From: Amphiscolops sp. MND2022
Taxonomy: Eukaryota
Direction of reading: 5' to 3'
Assembly (NCBI GenBank): GCA_964187785.1
Contig: OZ076409.1
Coordinates: 65,040,001-65,104,000, forward strand
DNA: 64,000 nucleotides
Within the stretch, counting starts at the first letter, position 1. Each line of letters opens with the position of its first letter. Below, piece after piece: positions 12,901 through 24,700 of this stretch. Below the pieces are notes generated by a model, which ran no database searches, was not told the origin of the DNA, and saw only the letters and a list, made by a program, of their open reading frames with translations. A program made the position numbers and the translations under genes.

Positions 12901-12932
12901 CCAAAGATTATTCTACCAAGTACCGATACTGA
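6946..12932 (+). CDS. TXNL4A: Thioredoxin-like protein 4A (Dim1, U5 snRNP 15 kDa); exons 6946-7140 and 12699-12932; 142 aa
   Basis: MSYMIPHLHNGWQVDQAILAEEDRVVVIRFGHDWDPVC...VDITE | VPDFNKMYELYDPCTVMFFYRNKHIMIDLGTGNNNKINW...SPKDYSTKYRY. GT-AG phase-0 intron 7141-12698. Confidence 0.97.
10770..11574. mobile_element. hAT-like MITE in the TXNL4A intron
   Basis: TIRs CAGGCGTTGGGAATA / TATTCCCCACCCCTG. Perfect 8-bp TSD ATTAAGAT (10762-10769, 11575-11582). Confidence 0.85.
10909..11239. mobile_element. hAT-like MITE nested in the previous element
   Basis: 22-bp TIRs CTGGCATGGCAGTTAATCACGG / CCGTGATTAGCTGCCATGCCTG. 8-bp TSD CGTTCACG / CGTTCATG. Confidence 0.85.
11650..11797. repeat. Near-perfect 148-bp palindrome (72-bp arms, AGAG loop)
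   Basis: AAACGTGTCGATGTATAATTCATC...GAGGGCTTAAC-AGAG-GTTAAGCCCTC...GATGAATTATACATCGACACGTTT, with few mismatches. Confidence 0.92.
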
Positions 12933-13520
12933 CAGCATCACATATGTCTCTACAACATTTTCTACCCTTTTTCCTGTTACGATGGGCCTACGTGTTTTAC
13001 GGGTCCAAGGTTCTTCAGTCACCATCTGACCAATTTAGATGCATGGTCTGTAAAATTGCGACAAGAAAGTGGCTCCTCCTATTTTTATGGAAATGTTCAT
13101 TTATCTAAGAGCATAGACCGACTCGACCTGATATTTCTTTGCCCAGGGCTCTTTTGAAAGCAAATGTTCGGAAGATTCATTGAAGTGGACTAAAGTGTTA
13201 TTCAATAATCTTTTTAGTAAAGGTTATGTAGATCCGTCCCACCGGATAGGATAATTCTCTTGATAATGTTTAGTTTTAATTGAAGTTTTTCTCAACATAC
13301 TGTTATAATTTTGTGATATTGTTTAGTCCAAATTAAGTTAATCGCTTAGAGCTTTGAGTTACAAAGCTTTTAGTCCAAGATCTCGATGCTCAGCTCAGTA
13401 GGTCTGAATTTTTAAAATTAGGTTCAATTTTGTTAAAATCCAAATGTTTTGAAAAACGTCAGAAGTTGAGTAGAGTGGGGATCTTGATCGAATGAATGTT
13501 TGCTTTTCAGATTTTAGTGT

Positions 13521-16500
13521 ATGATGTCTCAACCGTGTCTGGACCTGCGTCAAGACGTGAGTGTGGCCATTGACCTGCTGCATAAACTGAAGAGAAACAA
13601 CGAGATCAGTGGTCAAAAAGCCGATGCCCTCATCTCAGTTCTAGAGAGTCCCTTTTTCAACGCAGTCCGCGAAGTGTACGAACATGTGTACCAGACTGTA
13701 GATATCCAGGGAAACGAAGAGGTTAGTTAGTTAGTGCTAAAATTGTGCCCCTATTGCGTTTCTTATTGAATCATTTCATAAGAGTATATTGCATGCTGCG
13801 CATATACAAGTATTCAACTCTGGTTAGATTTGATTGGTTACGTTGACAACGGGAACAGAAGGCGGGGAGGGTGTTGTAACAAAGAAGGCCTAGTCATACC
13901 GCCAGTGCTGTAACAACAGGATACCGGTGGGCTTAAACCAGTCTACTAGAAAGTGAAATCAGTCAAAGCTGTTTTTTTAGTCGGCGCTTTTCTTTAGAAA
14001 AGAGTCGACTATAGTCATGGCTTTTCGTCAGTGTTTTTTAAGAACACCTGAACTGACCAAAATAGTTCTACCAAAAGTTCTACAAAATTTTCAGAAGACT
14101 CCAAAATGTACCTGTTGGCCCAAGGAACAACCAAAAAGGTTTCCCGCGCAACATACAATACCGGACGAGACCAAAGGGTCCATTTTTTCGGCACTGTGCG
14201 ACTTTTTTCCCCACGAAAGGCCCCCTTCAATTTTTTGGAGTTTTGCAACAGAATGGATGTTGAAAAATCCCAAAGGGTCCTCCCTTTCAGTTTTTTTCGG
14301 CATTGTGAGACTTTTCAAAAAAAATTTTCATAAAAGTAGTCCCAATTCACCAATACTTGGAAATTTTGAAGTCCTTTTGCTATTTTTGAGCCTTGGATAT
14401 GGCGCCGACTTGGGCCGTTCCCGGCTTGTTAATGGAAGCAGTTGAGTTTCTAAATTCCACATCTTTTGCTACCGAGCTCTCAGAAGTTTAATGTGTATTT
14501 TGCTGTTAAGTACAATTCAGTATCAACCAGTATCTTGAATTCGTTTCATTAACAAGACTTAAAGTCATAAGAATTTGCATCATTTTCAAATGGTTTTGAG
14601 TGCTGTGACATGTCCTCGATCAACAATACTTACATGTACGACTGGTAACATGGTCGGATTTGAGAAAAAAATCGGAATTCAATAAAAAATCTTTTCATGC
14701 TGCTGGTACTGGCGCTACTTACACACTGAAGTTTGTTGACCGCCATTCCGTAAAAAAATTAAATGAAAAAGTACTGAAAATTTATAGTCGCTTGAAATGT
14801 CTCGGAAAGTAAACATCCGAAATTTCTTTGCGAAGAGCTTGGTAGAATCTTCTAAATTGAAACAGTAGAGTTACATGTACCTTTATTATTTATGCAAAGC
14901 TTTTGTGCTACTTCAGCTGTTGGCTAGTTTTCATTACCGTATTGATGTCGTCACGTTTGACCTTTAATGCTTTTCATTTTCCCTTCCTGGTGACAGACAG
15001 GTCCGGTTCAGTAATGGTCAAGCGTCGTTCTCATCTATTCATTTTCCATGTTCTCGTAGACAGTGGGTATCGGATCAGATTCAATTACCATTCCATTAGT
15101 TGCACTGTCATGGAAATTGATATATGATGCTGCTTGTATGTAAATTACACAAGTATTATTTTCGCCTCAATCAATAAAAACATTCAATATTTGTGCTACG
15201 GTTCGTGAGATATGCTTGGCTCCAGGATTTCAGGCATAGTCACAGTGGGGGTTTTGTCGGAGTGATGCTTGGAATAGAACTTGAAACAACAGGTATTTTT
15301 AAAGTTGTTTTAAACAGTTTAACATGATATGTTTTTCTAAACCCCAATAGTCATAAATGTTTGAAACAAACTTAATTTCTCCCCATCTTTGATTTATGTT
15401 AAAGAACGGAAACATAAGGTTAACCGTGGGACCTTCCGTTGAACTAAATTCATTCGTACACCGTCTGAATAATAATGCTTCTTTGTTCCAAAAAATGTTG
15501 AGTGTTGCAAAACTTTTTTGTATTGAAAAAGCCAACTATTTGCGTGGCTGTTTTCAGGTAAGAGCCAACGCAACGGCAAAAGCGACAGTGGCCGCATTTG
15601 CTGCTAGCGAGGGCCATGCTCACCCCAGAGTAGTGCAACTGCCGGTCACTGACGAGGGATTCGGATTCAACATCATGGGAGGCAAGGAGCAGAACTCACC
15701 CATCTACATCAGCAGGATCATTCCCAATGGCATCGCGGCCAGGTACGGGGGGCTGCGGCGGGGAGACCAACTGCTCAGTGTGAATGGGGTGTCTGTCGAA
15801 GGAGAGAGTCACACTGCCGCCGTACAATTGTTGAAAGATGCTACAGGTTTGTCGGTTGTTAAATTATTATGCCTCTTCCTATCTAATGCATACGAGGGGA
15901 GGAAAATTTTGTAATTTCACAAAATAAGCACTATCCCGCAACAACAATCAAAAAGGTCAAAAAATGGTTTCGTAGCGTGTATTTATGAAGAATGGTGCAT
16001 TCATTCTCAATACGGGAGGTTTGACTCTTTGGGATTACCGTTAATAAGTCGGGAGATATCGTGGTATTTTATTGGTCTTCTATGGAAGCTAGGGAAACGC
16101 TTCTGTTGACCAAAACTGAACGAGTTTTCACTAATTGATCGTTCGCTGAGGGCTTCATTGGCATTCAAATGTGAATCCAAAAACTCATTTCCGCTTCCTA
16201 CAAAGCTTTTAGTTCACGATTTGTTTAGATGCTTTCTTTCTGAATTATCGTCTCGAAAATCAAAAACGAACTTCACGTCTGTAACTACACGATGCTCCGC
16301 ACAAAAAAACTATTAAACTCGCACAAAAAACTATTACGCTAAGTCACAACTCTTAATCTATTACAAAAGCGGATGGATGTGCATCCTACTTTGATTTGGA
16401 TCCAATTTTCCGATCAGAGAAAAAATACGTGATATTTGTTTCCTTCGGAAGTCCACCAGCGTTAAGGAAAACATGGCGTCTTCTGGTATCGCTACTGTGT

Positions 16501-17392
16501 ACTACCTCAATTTTTAGGAACCATTCAAGTTTATTTTGAAATCAATGACCCCGTAACTTTTTTGAATGACCTCATTAATCAAGAAGAGTGGTATGAATCC
16601 GAAATCATGGTGGAAAGAGCGCCAAAGCCATATCCCAGCTCTAAAGTTGGATTGAATGTCTTGGGCATTCTTCCATCGCTGAGTAGCATCGCTAACCTCT
16701 AGGAGTATTATCGCGAATACGTATCACGAGCTTTTTGAAAACTTCGTTTTGAGCAATGAAGATTTGGTACGTTTTGTTTTTGGAATGGCAGAATGAATCC
16801 CAGAACTGAAGTTTCCTATCTCTTTTGAATTGTTTAAATTCTGTTACCTGTCTTCCTTTGTTGCAATTTACCCAAAAATTCATTTTCCGCCCCTGATGTG
16901 TTGTTGCTGAACTAATTACTAAGTTTGTTTTTTTTTCACAAAGTTCTGAAAATGAATGTTTTTGGGAAATCTGTTTGCAATTGGAATGTTTACTTCCGGA
17001 AGTTTTCTATGAATTGATTTTATCCCGAAAACTTATGTGTGGAATAGATAAACTTCTTTAAATTAGTCAGCCAATTTTTTCAACAGGTCCCCGTGATTTT
17101 TCAAATTTCACACACAGCCGTTTATCCTTCGATGTTTTGGCCTTGATTGAACTTTTTGAATTGTTTGAATAATTGAAGCGCAATAGTGTATGAAGATGAA
17201 GTGCCTGTATTATTGCGCTGTGTTGTTGCAGGTGTTGTGAAACTTATCGTTCGGTACACGCCTAAAGTGTTGGAAGATATGGAAGCCAAGTTCGAGCGCC
17301 AGAGACACAGATCAACGCAGCAGACTCTTCAGTACCAGCAACAACAACGCACCTTAGATAGGAATTCCATGCCTCGCAACAAAGGACACTGA
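13521..17392 (+). CDS. LIN7: Protein lin-7 homolog (L27 + PDZ); exons 13521-13721, 15558-15846, 17232-17392; about 216 aa
   Basis: L27 domain [14 protein letters not shown]...[71 protein letters not shown]...[34 protein letters not shown] introns with consistent phases. Confidence 0.96.
13972..14430 (+). mobile_element. Non-autonomous Helentron/DINE-1-like element (complete copy, LIN7 intron 1)
   Basis: 5' T-run + AGTCGGCGC sub-TIR with adjacent partial inverted repeat. 3' GGCGCCGACT sub-TIR + GCCG-TTCC-CGGC hairpin + TTGTT. No TSD seen. Confidence 0.7.
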
Positions 17393-18707
17393 TTAATTGG
17401 CCCTCTAACCAATTAATTCATCCATTACCCTTCCTCTTCTGTCATACAAATCCAAATCTTTTAAAATATTGTTTGTACCGCCGCTTCCTGCACATAAAAA
17501 ATAATGAAGTTTGTTATGAAGTGTTTTTATACCCAAAAGCTCGGTGTACTTTTTGTTGGATTCAGTGTGCAATCATCTCTGTTTTTGGTTGTATTGTAAA
17601 TACCTCCGTCACTGTAAACGTTCATTTGAGGCCGTTTTTCAGCCAGTTTTTTTGCCAGAAAAACTTGAAAGACGGTAGCATTTGATTGTCAATGAATACA
17701 CTTTATGGCATCAGAATCTTCATCAAAATGTTCGACCATTTCCTCTTCCGTGTTCAACTTCTGAAACAATTTCTCATTTCAAATTTTAATGTGAATACCA
17801 TCTGTTAGGTACTAGTGGGTTTTCAAAAATTCAATATTTTTCAAGGAAATTTTGAGCACCGTTCAGAGAAAGTTTTGAACTCGGAAGATTCAGATGGTCC
17901 TGTTCATAATTATTTTTGCTGCTTCAGAGTTTCTACTGATGTTCTCAAGATTTTTCAAGATGTTTTGGTTTTCTTCGAAAAGTATTTTCCCCAATTCATA
18001 TTAAATGTAACGGGTCGTGAAAATCAGTCAAGATATGATTAAGGGGAATGCGTGTGAAAATAGCCTCCAGTAGTTGTGAAAATGTCAGGTTATGACGTTT
18101 TTCGTATTGAGTGGAAATGTAATTTCAACGGGCTCCGCCTTTCCGATTCAGTTCACCTTAGGAAGAAGGCTCATTACATATAGTTCCATGAACTCTGACG
18201 CAAGTAGTAATTGAAGATGATATTTCTACAATTCTATTTTACAATTATATAATGCAAATATTCTCATTACGCTAGAATTAGATTCGATGCTATCTTTGTA
18301 ATTTGTATTTGCCATAAAATAAACTGACAAATTTTCTATTTTTGTGTTGATAAGAAACAAATTAGAAAAAGCTTTCAGGTTAGAAGTGATGAAATGTAAG
18401 TTCAGAAATCTTTTCAGATTTTATTGTTCTGAATCAAATTGTTTTTGTGGATGCGTGGGTTTGATTGCCTCTACGAAGATATTAACAATTGATCACCTTC
18501 GCTATCTCTAAACTACAGTCATCCTGCCATCGGTGTAGACCTATCGCCATTTCTGGCAGCGTTGTGGAATTCATTTATTGGCACTGACGTGATTTGATAG
18601 TGGGTTGGTTTGCGACCTTGTCTGGAGTCGCGTCCGTCAAGTGATTTGAAGTCGAGGCAAAGGAGGACCCCAAGCGAACCCCTGGTTGAAGCAGAGTGTG
18701 AACTAGG

Positions 18708-21700
18708 ATGGGTGACTCATCAGAGACAACGGGTGTCACAGGAGGTCCCACGGAGAACCACCATCCACCAGGCACAGTGTCACATAAACAATTTTCAAAC
18801 ACTTTTCGACAAATTAGGAGGCTGGGAGTACGAGGATTCGCATCCCGCGCTCGGCCAAATTTTTAATGCTTACAAATGTTTAAAAGGAGACCAAAGGATC
18901 ACCACATTGGAGTTTTTTGGTACTTAGCGACTTTTTTGAGAAAATTTTGGTCCAATTTTTGAGTAATCCTGAGATCTAACGTGTACCCAAATGTGTCAGA
19001 GGGCCCGCTTTTGAATTTTTAACTTGGATAAAAAACTTAATGATATGACAGGGTACCCCCTTGGATTTTTTGGCTCGCTGCAATTTTTTCAAAATGTTTT
19101 TCATTTCACTAGGGTGTCTTTCGGTTTTCAAAAAGTTTTCGGTTAGAATGTGTTTTCCTCGCCCAAAAGGTCTTTAATTTGCGTTTGTCGACATTGTGAC
19201 TTGAATTCATTTTTATTTGTTGTAAGTTGGGGAAAAGTTTTTTTAACCTGAAAGGTTCCTCTTTTGACTTTTTTCGGCATTGTAAGACTTAATAGAATTG
19301 TTTACCACCAATTAGTTTCACCAGTGCCGTAATTCGCATTCAACCAGTATCTTTTCAAATCGAACTATAATACCGTTTCTGATGTAACGCGTATAACGAT
19401 GAAAATACTCTATATCCGAATTATTAACGTTATTCTTACCGGATCGAAGACATGGGAAGTACGTTTTTCTAATTGCCATTTCGGAACTAGTTTTCATTTT
19501 CGTAGACTTTTTAGTTCAAAGTTTCCCGATACCTTTTTTGTCAAACAATCGAGGCTGGAAGGTGTCCGATCGTTTCTAAACGCGTATTAACAGAATATAC
19601 GCAAAATATTGCAGAGTAACTGCGCCTCTTGAGGTTTAGAATGGTGAATCGTTTAGCTGATGCATTTAGCGCACTATAAAGTCCCTATACTAGTGTTTTG
19701 TCTTGACACAATTGATTTTTAGTCCGAGTTTTTGAAGAAAATGCACGACTCTTACAGTGACAAGTTTTTTTTCTTCAGTTCAACGCGATCGGTCCACTTT
19801 TTCCAACATCATCAACTTGAACTACGGACGTCCAAAACATCTTCCAAACGCCAGAACCTCGTCCAAAACAAAAACATCGACGTCCAGAACCTCGAAAACA
19901 GGATTCCCTTTGGTGTTTTCCACTCGGATTTTTTTCGGCACTGTGCGACTTTTTTTGAATTTTTTTTGGATTCCACCAAAGGGTCTCCCCTTCGTTTGTT
20001 TCGATATTTTGCAACACAAATGGATGTCAAAAATCCCAAAGAGTCCCCCTTTCACATTTTTCGGCACTGTGGCACTTCAAAAATCTCATTAAAAAAATTG
20101 TTCGGAAAACATACTGAGGATCCCCTCTTTGGCGTTCTTCACTCGGATTTTTTTCGGCTCTGTGCGACTTTTTTTGAAATTTTTTGGATTGCACCAAAGG
20201 TTCTATCTTCCTTTGTTTCGATATTTCGCAACACCAGGAATGTCAAAAAATCCCAAAGGGTCCCCCTTTTACATTTTTTGGCACTGTGACACTGTTCAAA
20301 AAACTTTAAATTTTTTCCGGAAATTTTTCAAAATCTCCCAAGGGTCCCCTCCAATTTTTGCAAACCAACTGGAGTTTCACAAAGCCCAAAGCCCCCCCCC
20401 CTTTTTACAATTTTGAGCCTTAGATATAGCGCCGCCTTTGGCCGTTCCCGGCTTGTTACATATTAAGCTGTCCGGCTCACTTAGACTTCTTTTCAAAAAT
20501 CCAATAATTTCGTGCAGACCGACAAACTAATTGAGTCCTTTGACCCTTTCATTATTTTCTTAGCGCACAACATTTTTGAAATATGGAAATACGGGTGTTT
20601 CTCGCAGAGTAGTTGTTGGTTGGTTTGATTAAATGGGTCAATGGTAATATACAGCAACATGAAGTTATTTAATTTTGGTGACACTGGGCAGGCACTTCGA
20701 TCCCGACGCCTTCAGTGGCATCTAACAGTCACCAGCAAAGCAACGACTCCAACCACAGTGCAGCTAACACAGCCGCCGCTGCCACAGCTGACCCGGACCA
20801 AGAGGCTGCCCAGGAGCTAGAGTCTGAACTGTCCAAACTCAAGGTAATCCTCGCCATCTCACCTTATATAACACCTATATAGCTTCATAGCTCAACCAAT
20901 CTGTGGATTGAAATACTCAAACCAAACTTGGATTGTTATCAAACTAGTTTGGCTGACATTTTCTGAATAGACGATCGAGTCTCGATACGAGTTTTACCCA
21001 AATGTAAAAAGTTGCACAAAACACCGGAGTATTCATCTGTGCAAATTTCTGCAAATTGTGACACCGAAAAAATTCAAGTGACAGAAGCAAAGCTATTTTA
21101 GGGGCTGAGCTATGGAAATGATCTTCTATTCAGAGCTAACGTTTTTAGGAAAGTACAACTGTGCAGTAATTAGTGGAATCGGTTACTTGCTAATTTTCGA
21201 AACCTTTTCGATAAAGGTACACTCTGGGAAATGTTGAACAATGGGTTTATATTGGACTTCACTAAATGCTAGTAAGATTATAACATCGCTTTCACATACC
21301 ATTATTTTTATCAACAATGACAATTTTCAGTGAACAATAGCACGTTTGTATGAAATCTCTATGTTTTTCTTGAACCTTTACTCTTGAAGCCTATCTTTAC
21401 TATTTTCGTTGAAATTTCTGGGTAATTGCCAAATTTTCAAAAATTTCACTCATAAAATAGGTGTCTCTTTGGTCTCTTTATCACGCGTAATAAATTACTT
21501 TGCCCATTTTAAAACTATTTTTAGTCGGCTATTTTTTTAAGAACAGAGCCGACAATAGTCATGGCTTTTCGTCAGTTTTTTTCGATGAACATGAACTGTC
21601 CAAAATAGTTCTACCGGAAGTTCTTCAATTTTGACAATGTCCCTTTTGGCAATCTACATACTACATTTGACTGTAAAAAGTGCTACGGAGTCCCCTTCGA

Positions 21701-24700
21701 CAATAACACAACCCATACCGAATTTAACGCAAACCGGATATAACGAATACCGGAAATAACGTTTCTTGGAGGCTTTTTCAATGATGAGGTCAAAGCAGTA
21801 AGTTTTTGTATGGGTACATGAATGAAGGGCAGCACTAGTTTTCGTTTCAAAAGATTTTATAATTGATATTTTGGTGTTGAAATCTAGAATGCGAAATGAG
21901 ATGTAAAATTGGTGATTGGTTTCAGGACAAATTACAGAGTGAAAGAGAAGCAGTAGGAGACAAGACGCTGAACGACACAGCTTCGACCCTAGAAAACCTC
22001 ACTCGAATCAGACTGAAGCGTTAGTTTCCATTTTGTTACTTTAATCTGAGTTCCAACAAGAAATCAATGGTATAGGATGCAATATCCTGAAGTTTGATTC
22101 ATCAAAACTTGAACAGAAACAATTGATTTCGATTAGAAACAGTTGTATACTGCTATTTTCTTGAAAAATAAAATCGGTATTGCGAACTTGTTTGCATTAT
22201 CATTTCCATCTTTTCCAGATATTTCAGATATTTTTGCACGAAAAGGTCAGATCCTGGATTATTTTACCGTGTTATTACTTACACTTGCGATAAGCAAGTG
22301 TTATGGGAAAGTGCGGGTGCTTTTTTTCCGGGCGACAACTCTCTCGTTTCAGCCCGCAAGTCGCATAGTTCAGGCAAGTATTCCGGAGCAGATGGTTCTC
22401 ACTTTTTTTGGCACTATGAGACCCCCCTTTTCGGCTTTGTGAGATTTTTCGAAAATTTATTAATGTTCCCGAAGAGTCCTCCCTTCATTTTTTTGATATT
22501 TTGCAACAGAACGAATGTTAAAAAATTCCGAAGGGTCCCCTTCATTTTTTTTGAAAATTTGCAACAGAATGGATGTTAAAAAATCTCAAAGGCCCTTCTT
22601 ACAGTTTTTGGCATTGTGAGATTTTTCAAAAGGAATATTTTTCGTTTTGAAATTAGGTTTTCTCAGGCCCAGCACGCTATATCCGATTTTTGATTTATTT
22701 TGAAGAACGGTGTTTTTTCTATGCGACTTTTAAACTTTGTTTTCATCGAAGTCCCTCCTCAATTTTTACCAGATACGAAACGTTTTGCGAGCGTTAAGGA
22801 CTCCTCAAGGTTTTCGGCACTATGCGACTTACCGGAGACCATCAAAAATTTTAGAAACATTTTTTCCTCAATTTTCTTTTTTAAAAGGTTTTCCGTTTAG
22901 AGAGATGAGTTTTTTGCTGTTTTCAGTTGGGGAAGAATGGTTTTCGAGACTCATGCATATCCCTTCGGGTATTTTTTTGCGCTGTAAATTGATGAAATTT
23001 TAATATCCTTTTACCTTTGGTTCTCCGTATGATATTGCTTATTTGGTTTTCTTCAAAAGTTCGCAAGTGTTTGCGGAGCACGGCTTCGCCTCTGTGTAAT
23101 AAAAAGTGAGAACAACTGAGCCCAAAAGTTTTGTTCCTACATAGGTACCAATGATTCATCTTTGTTATGAGTATAAGTCCCCATATTGGCCTTTGTTGTT
23201 CCGATTTTTCGTTGAATAACACATTAAAGCCCCATTTTGTACATAGTAAATCGGAATAGCTGGCTATTGTTTCAGCGAGACGTACGTTAAATGGTCACGC
23301 AGCGGCCATCTACACAGTGTCGTGGCGACCTGAGTCGTGTGAGCTAGTGAGTGGGTCTCAGGATGGGAAGTTGTTGATCTGGGACACTCACACCAACAAC
23401 AAGATCAACATCATCACCCTCAAGTGTCCCTGGGTCATGAGCAGTGGCTTCGCGCCCTCGGGCAGTCTGGTGGCCAGTGGGGGTCACGACAACGCAGTCT
23501 CTGTCTACTCTCTCAAGGCAGAAGCCTGTCCTGAGAAGCCCATCCAGCAGCTCACAGACCATAACGGTAGGCATACATTCATACAACTGACCAGTTTCTG
23601 ACCAGCGCTAGCTCATTATAATCAAGCGATTGTGATCATTGATTATCATCAAGCTATCATCAAAATTGATTGAAAGTATTTTAGTAACAAGCTGGGAACG
23701 GCATAAGTCGGAGCCATATCTAAGGCTCAAAAATAGCAAAAGAACATGAAAGTCAAAAAAACCCAAAGTATCAAACTCACAAAAAGAGTATCAAACTCAT
23801 GAAAAACCCAAATGACCGAACTGGCGCGCTAAAATGGGGGACCCTTTCGCATTTTTTAACATCCATTGTTGCAAAACATCAAAAAATTGAAGGGGGCATC
23901 CTTTGGTGAAGGAAAAATTTCCAAAAAGTCTCACAATGCCAAAAAAACTGAAAGGGGGGACCCTTTAGTTAAAAGTTGAATTTTCTTGAACATTATTATA
24001 CAATCATAGTATTGATAGTATTTTAACGTTTAGATATGAAAATGTTCAAGAAGGACAAAAAATAAGCCTAATCAGCTCTTCAAGTTTCCGCCCTTAAGTA
24101 CAGGACCAAGATAGGCAAGTTTATCGCTTTCGTTAATTGTGTTCCGATGAACATTTGAACGCGTCTTCCTATTGGAAAAAATACGATACGATATCCCTAC
24201 TTTCAGTTATATACAACCGTGTTAGGTTCTTCAGATATGATGTAATTTGATGATGCGTCATTTCTTCGACACCAGCCGGCATCAAATCCATTTCAATTAA
24301 CCAATTATAGCCTTTGATTAATGCATTTTCCACCGATTTATATTTAGTTCTTGTTCGGTTCATAGATACTGGTAGAAAACCTTTTTTAAATTCAATTTGG
24401 GATCATATAATTTTGTAGAACTTTGAAGAACTATTTTGATCAGTTCGTGTGGATTGAAAAAAAGTCACTATAATAGTCGCGGTTCACTTCATGGAGCACC
24501 GACTAAAAATAGATTAAAATCAGCAGAACTTGGCCACTTTTGACGTGGCTTAGTTAATTTTTTTCTGCTGTTCGTTCTGAGCACTGAACAATCGTAATCC
24601 GTCTCATCGCTTGAGGCTTGGTTTATTTGAAGACTAAACACTAATTCAGAATTGAAACCCGAAAGCTTGTTTTCTGATCCAAATTTTGAATTTATCATTG

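Noticed and set aside
12678..13025. Antisense ORFs over TXNL4A, LIN7, G-beta and Gypsy coding sequence
   Set aside because: Shadow ORFs of real coding exons.
14015..14445. F/K-rich ORFs ([12 protein letters not shown]) recurring across the window
   Set aside because: Chance translations of the dispersed Helentron-like repeat.
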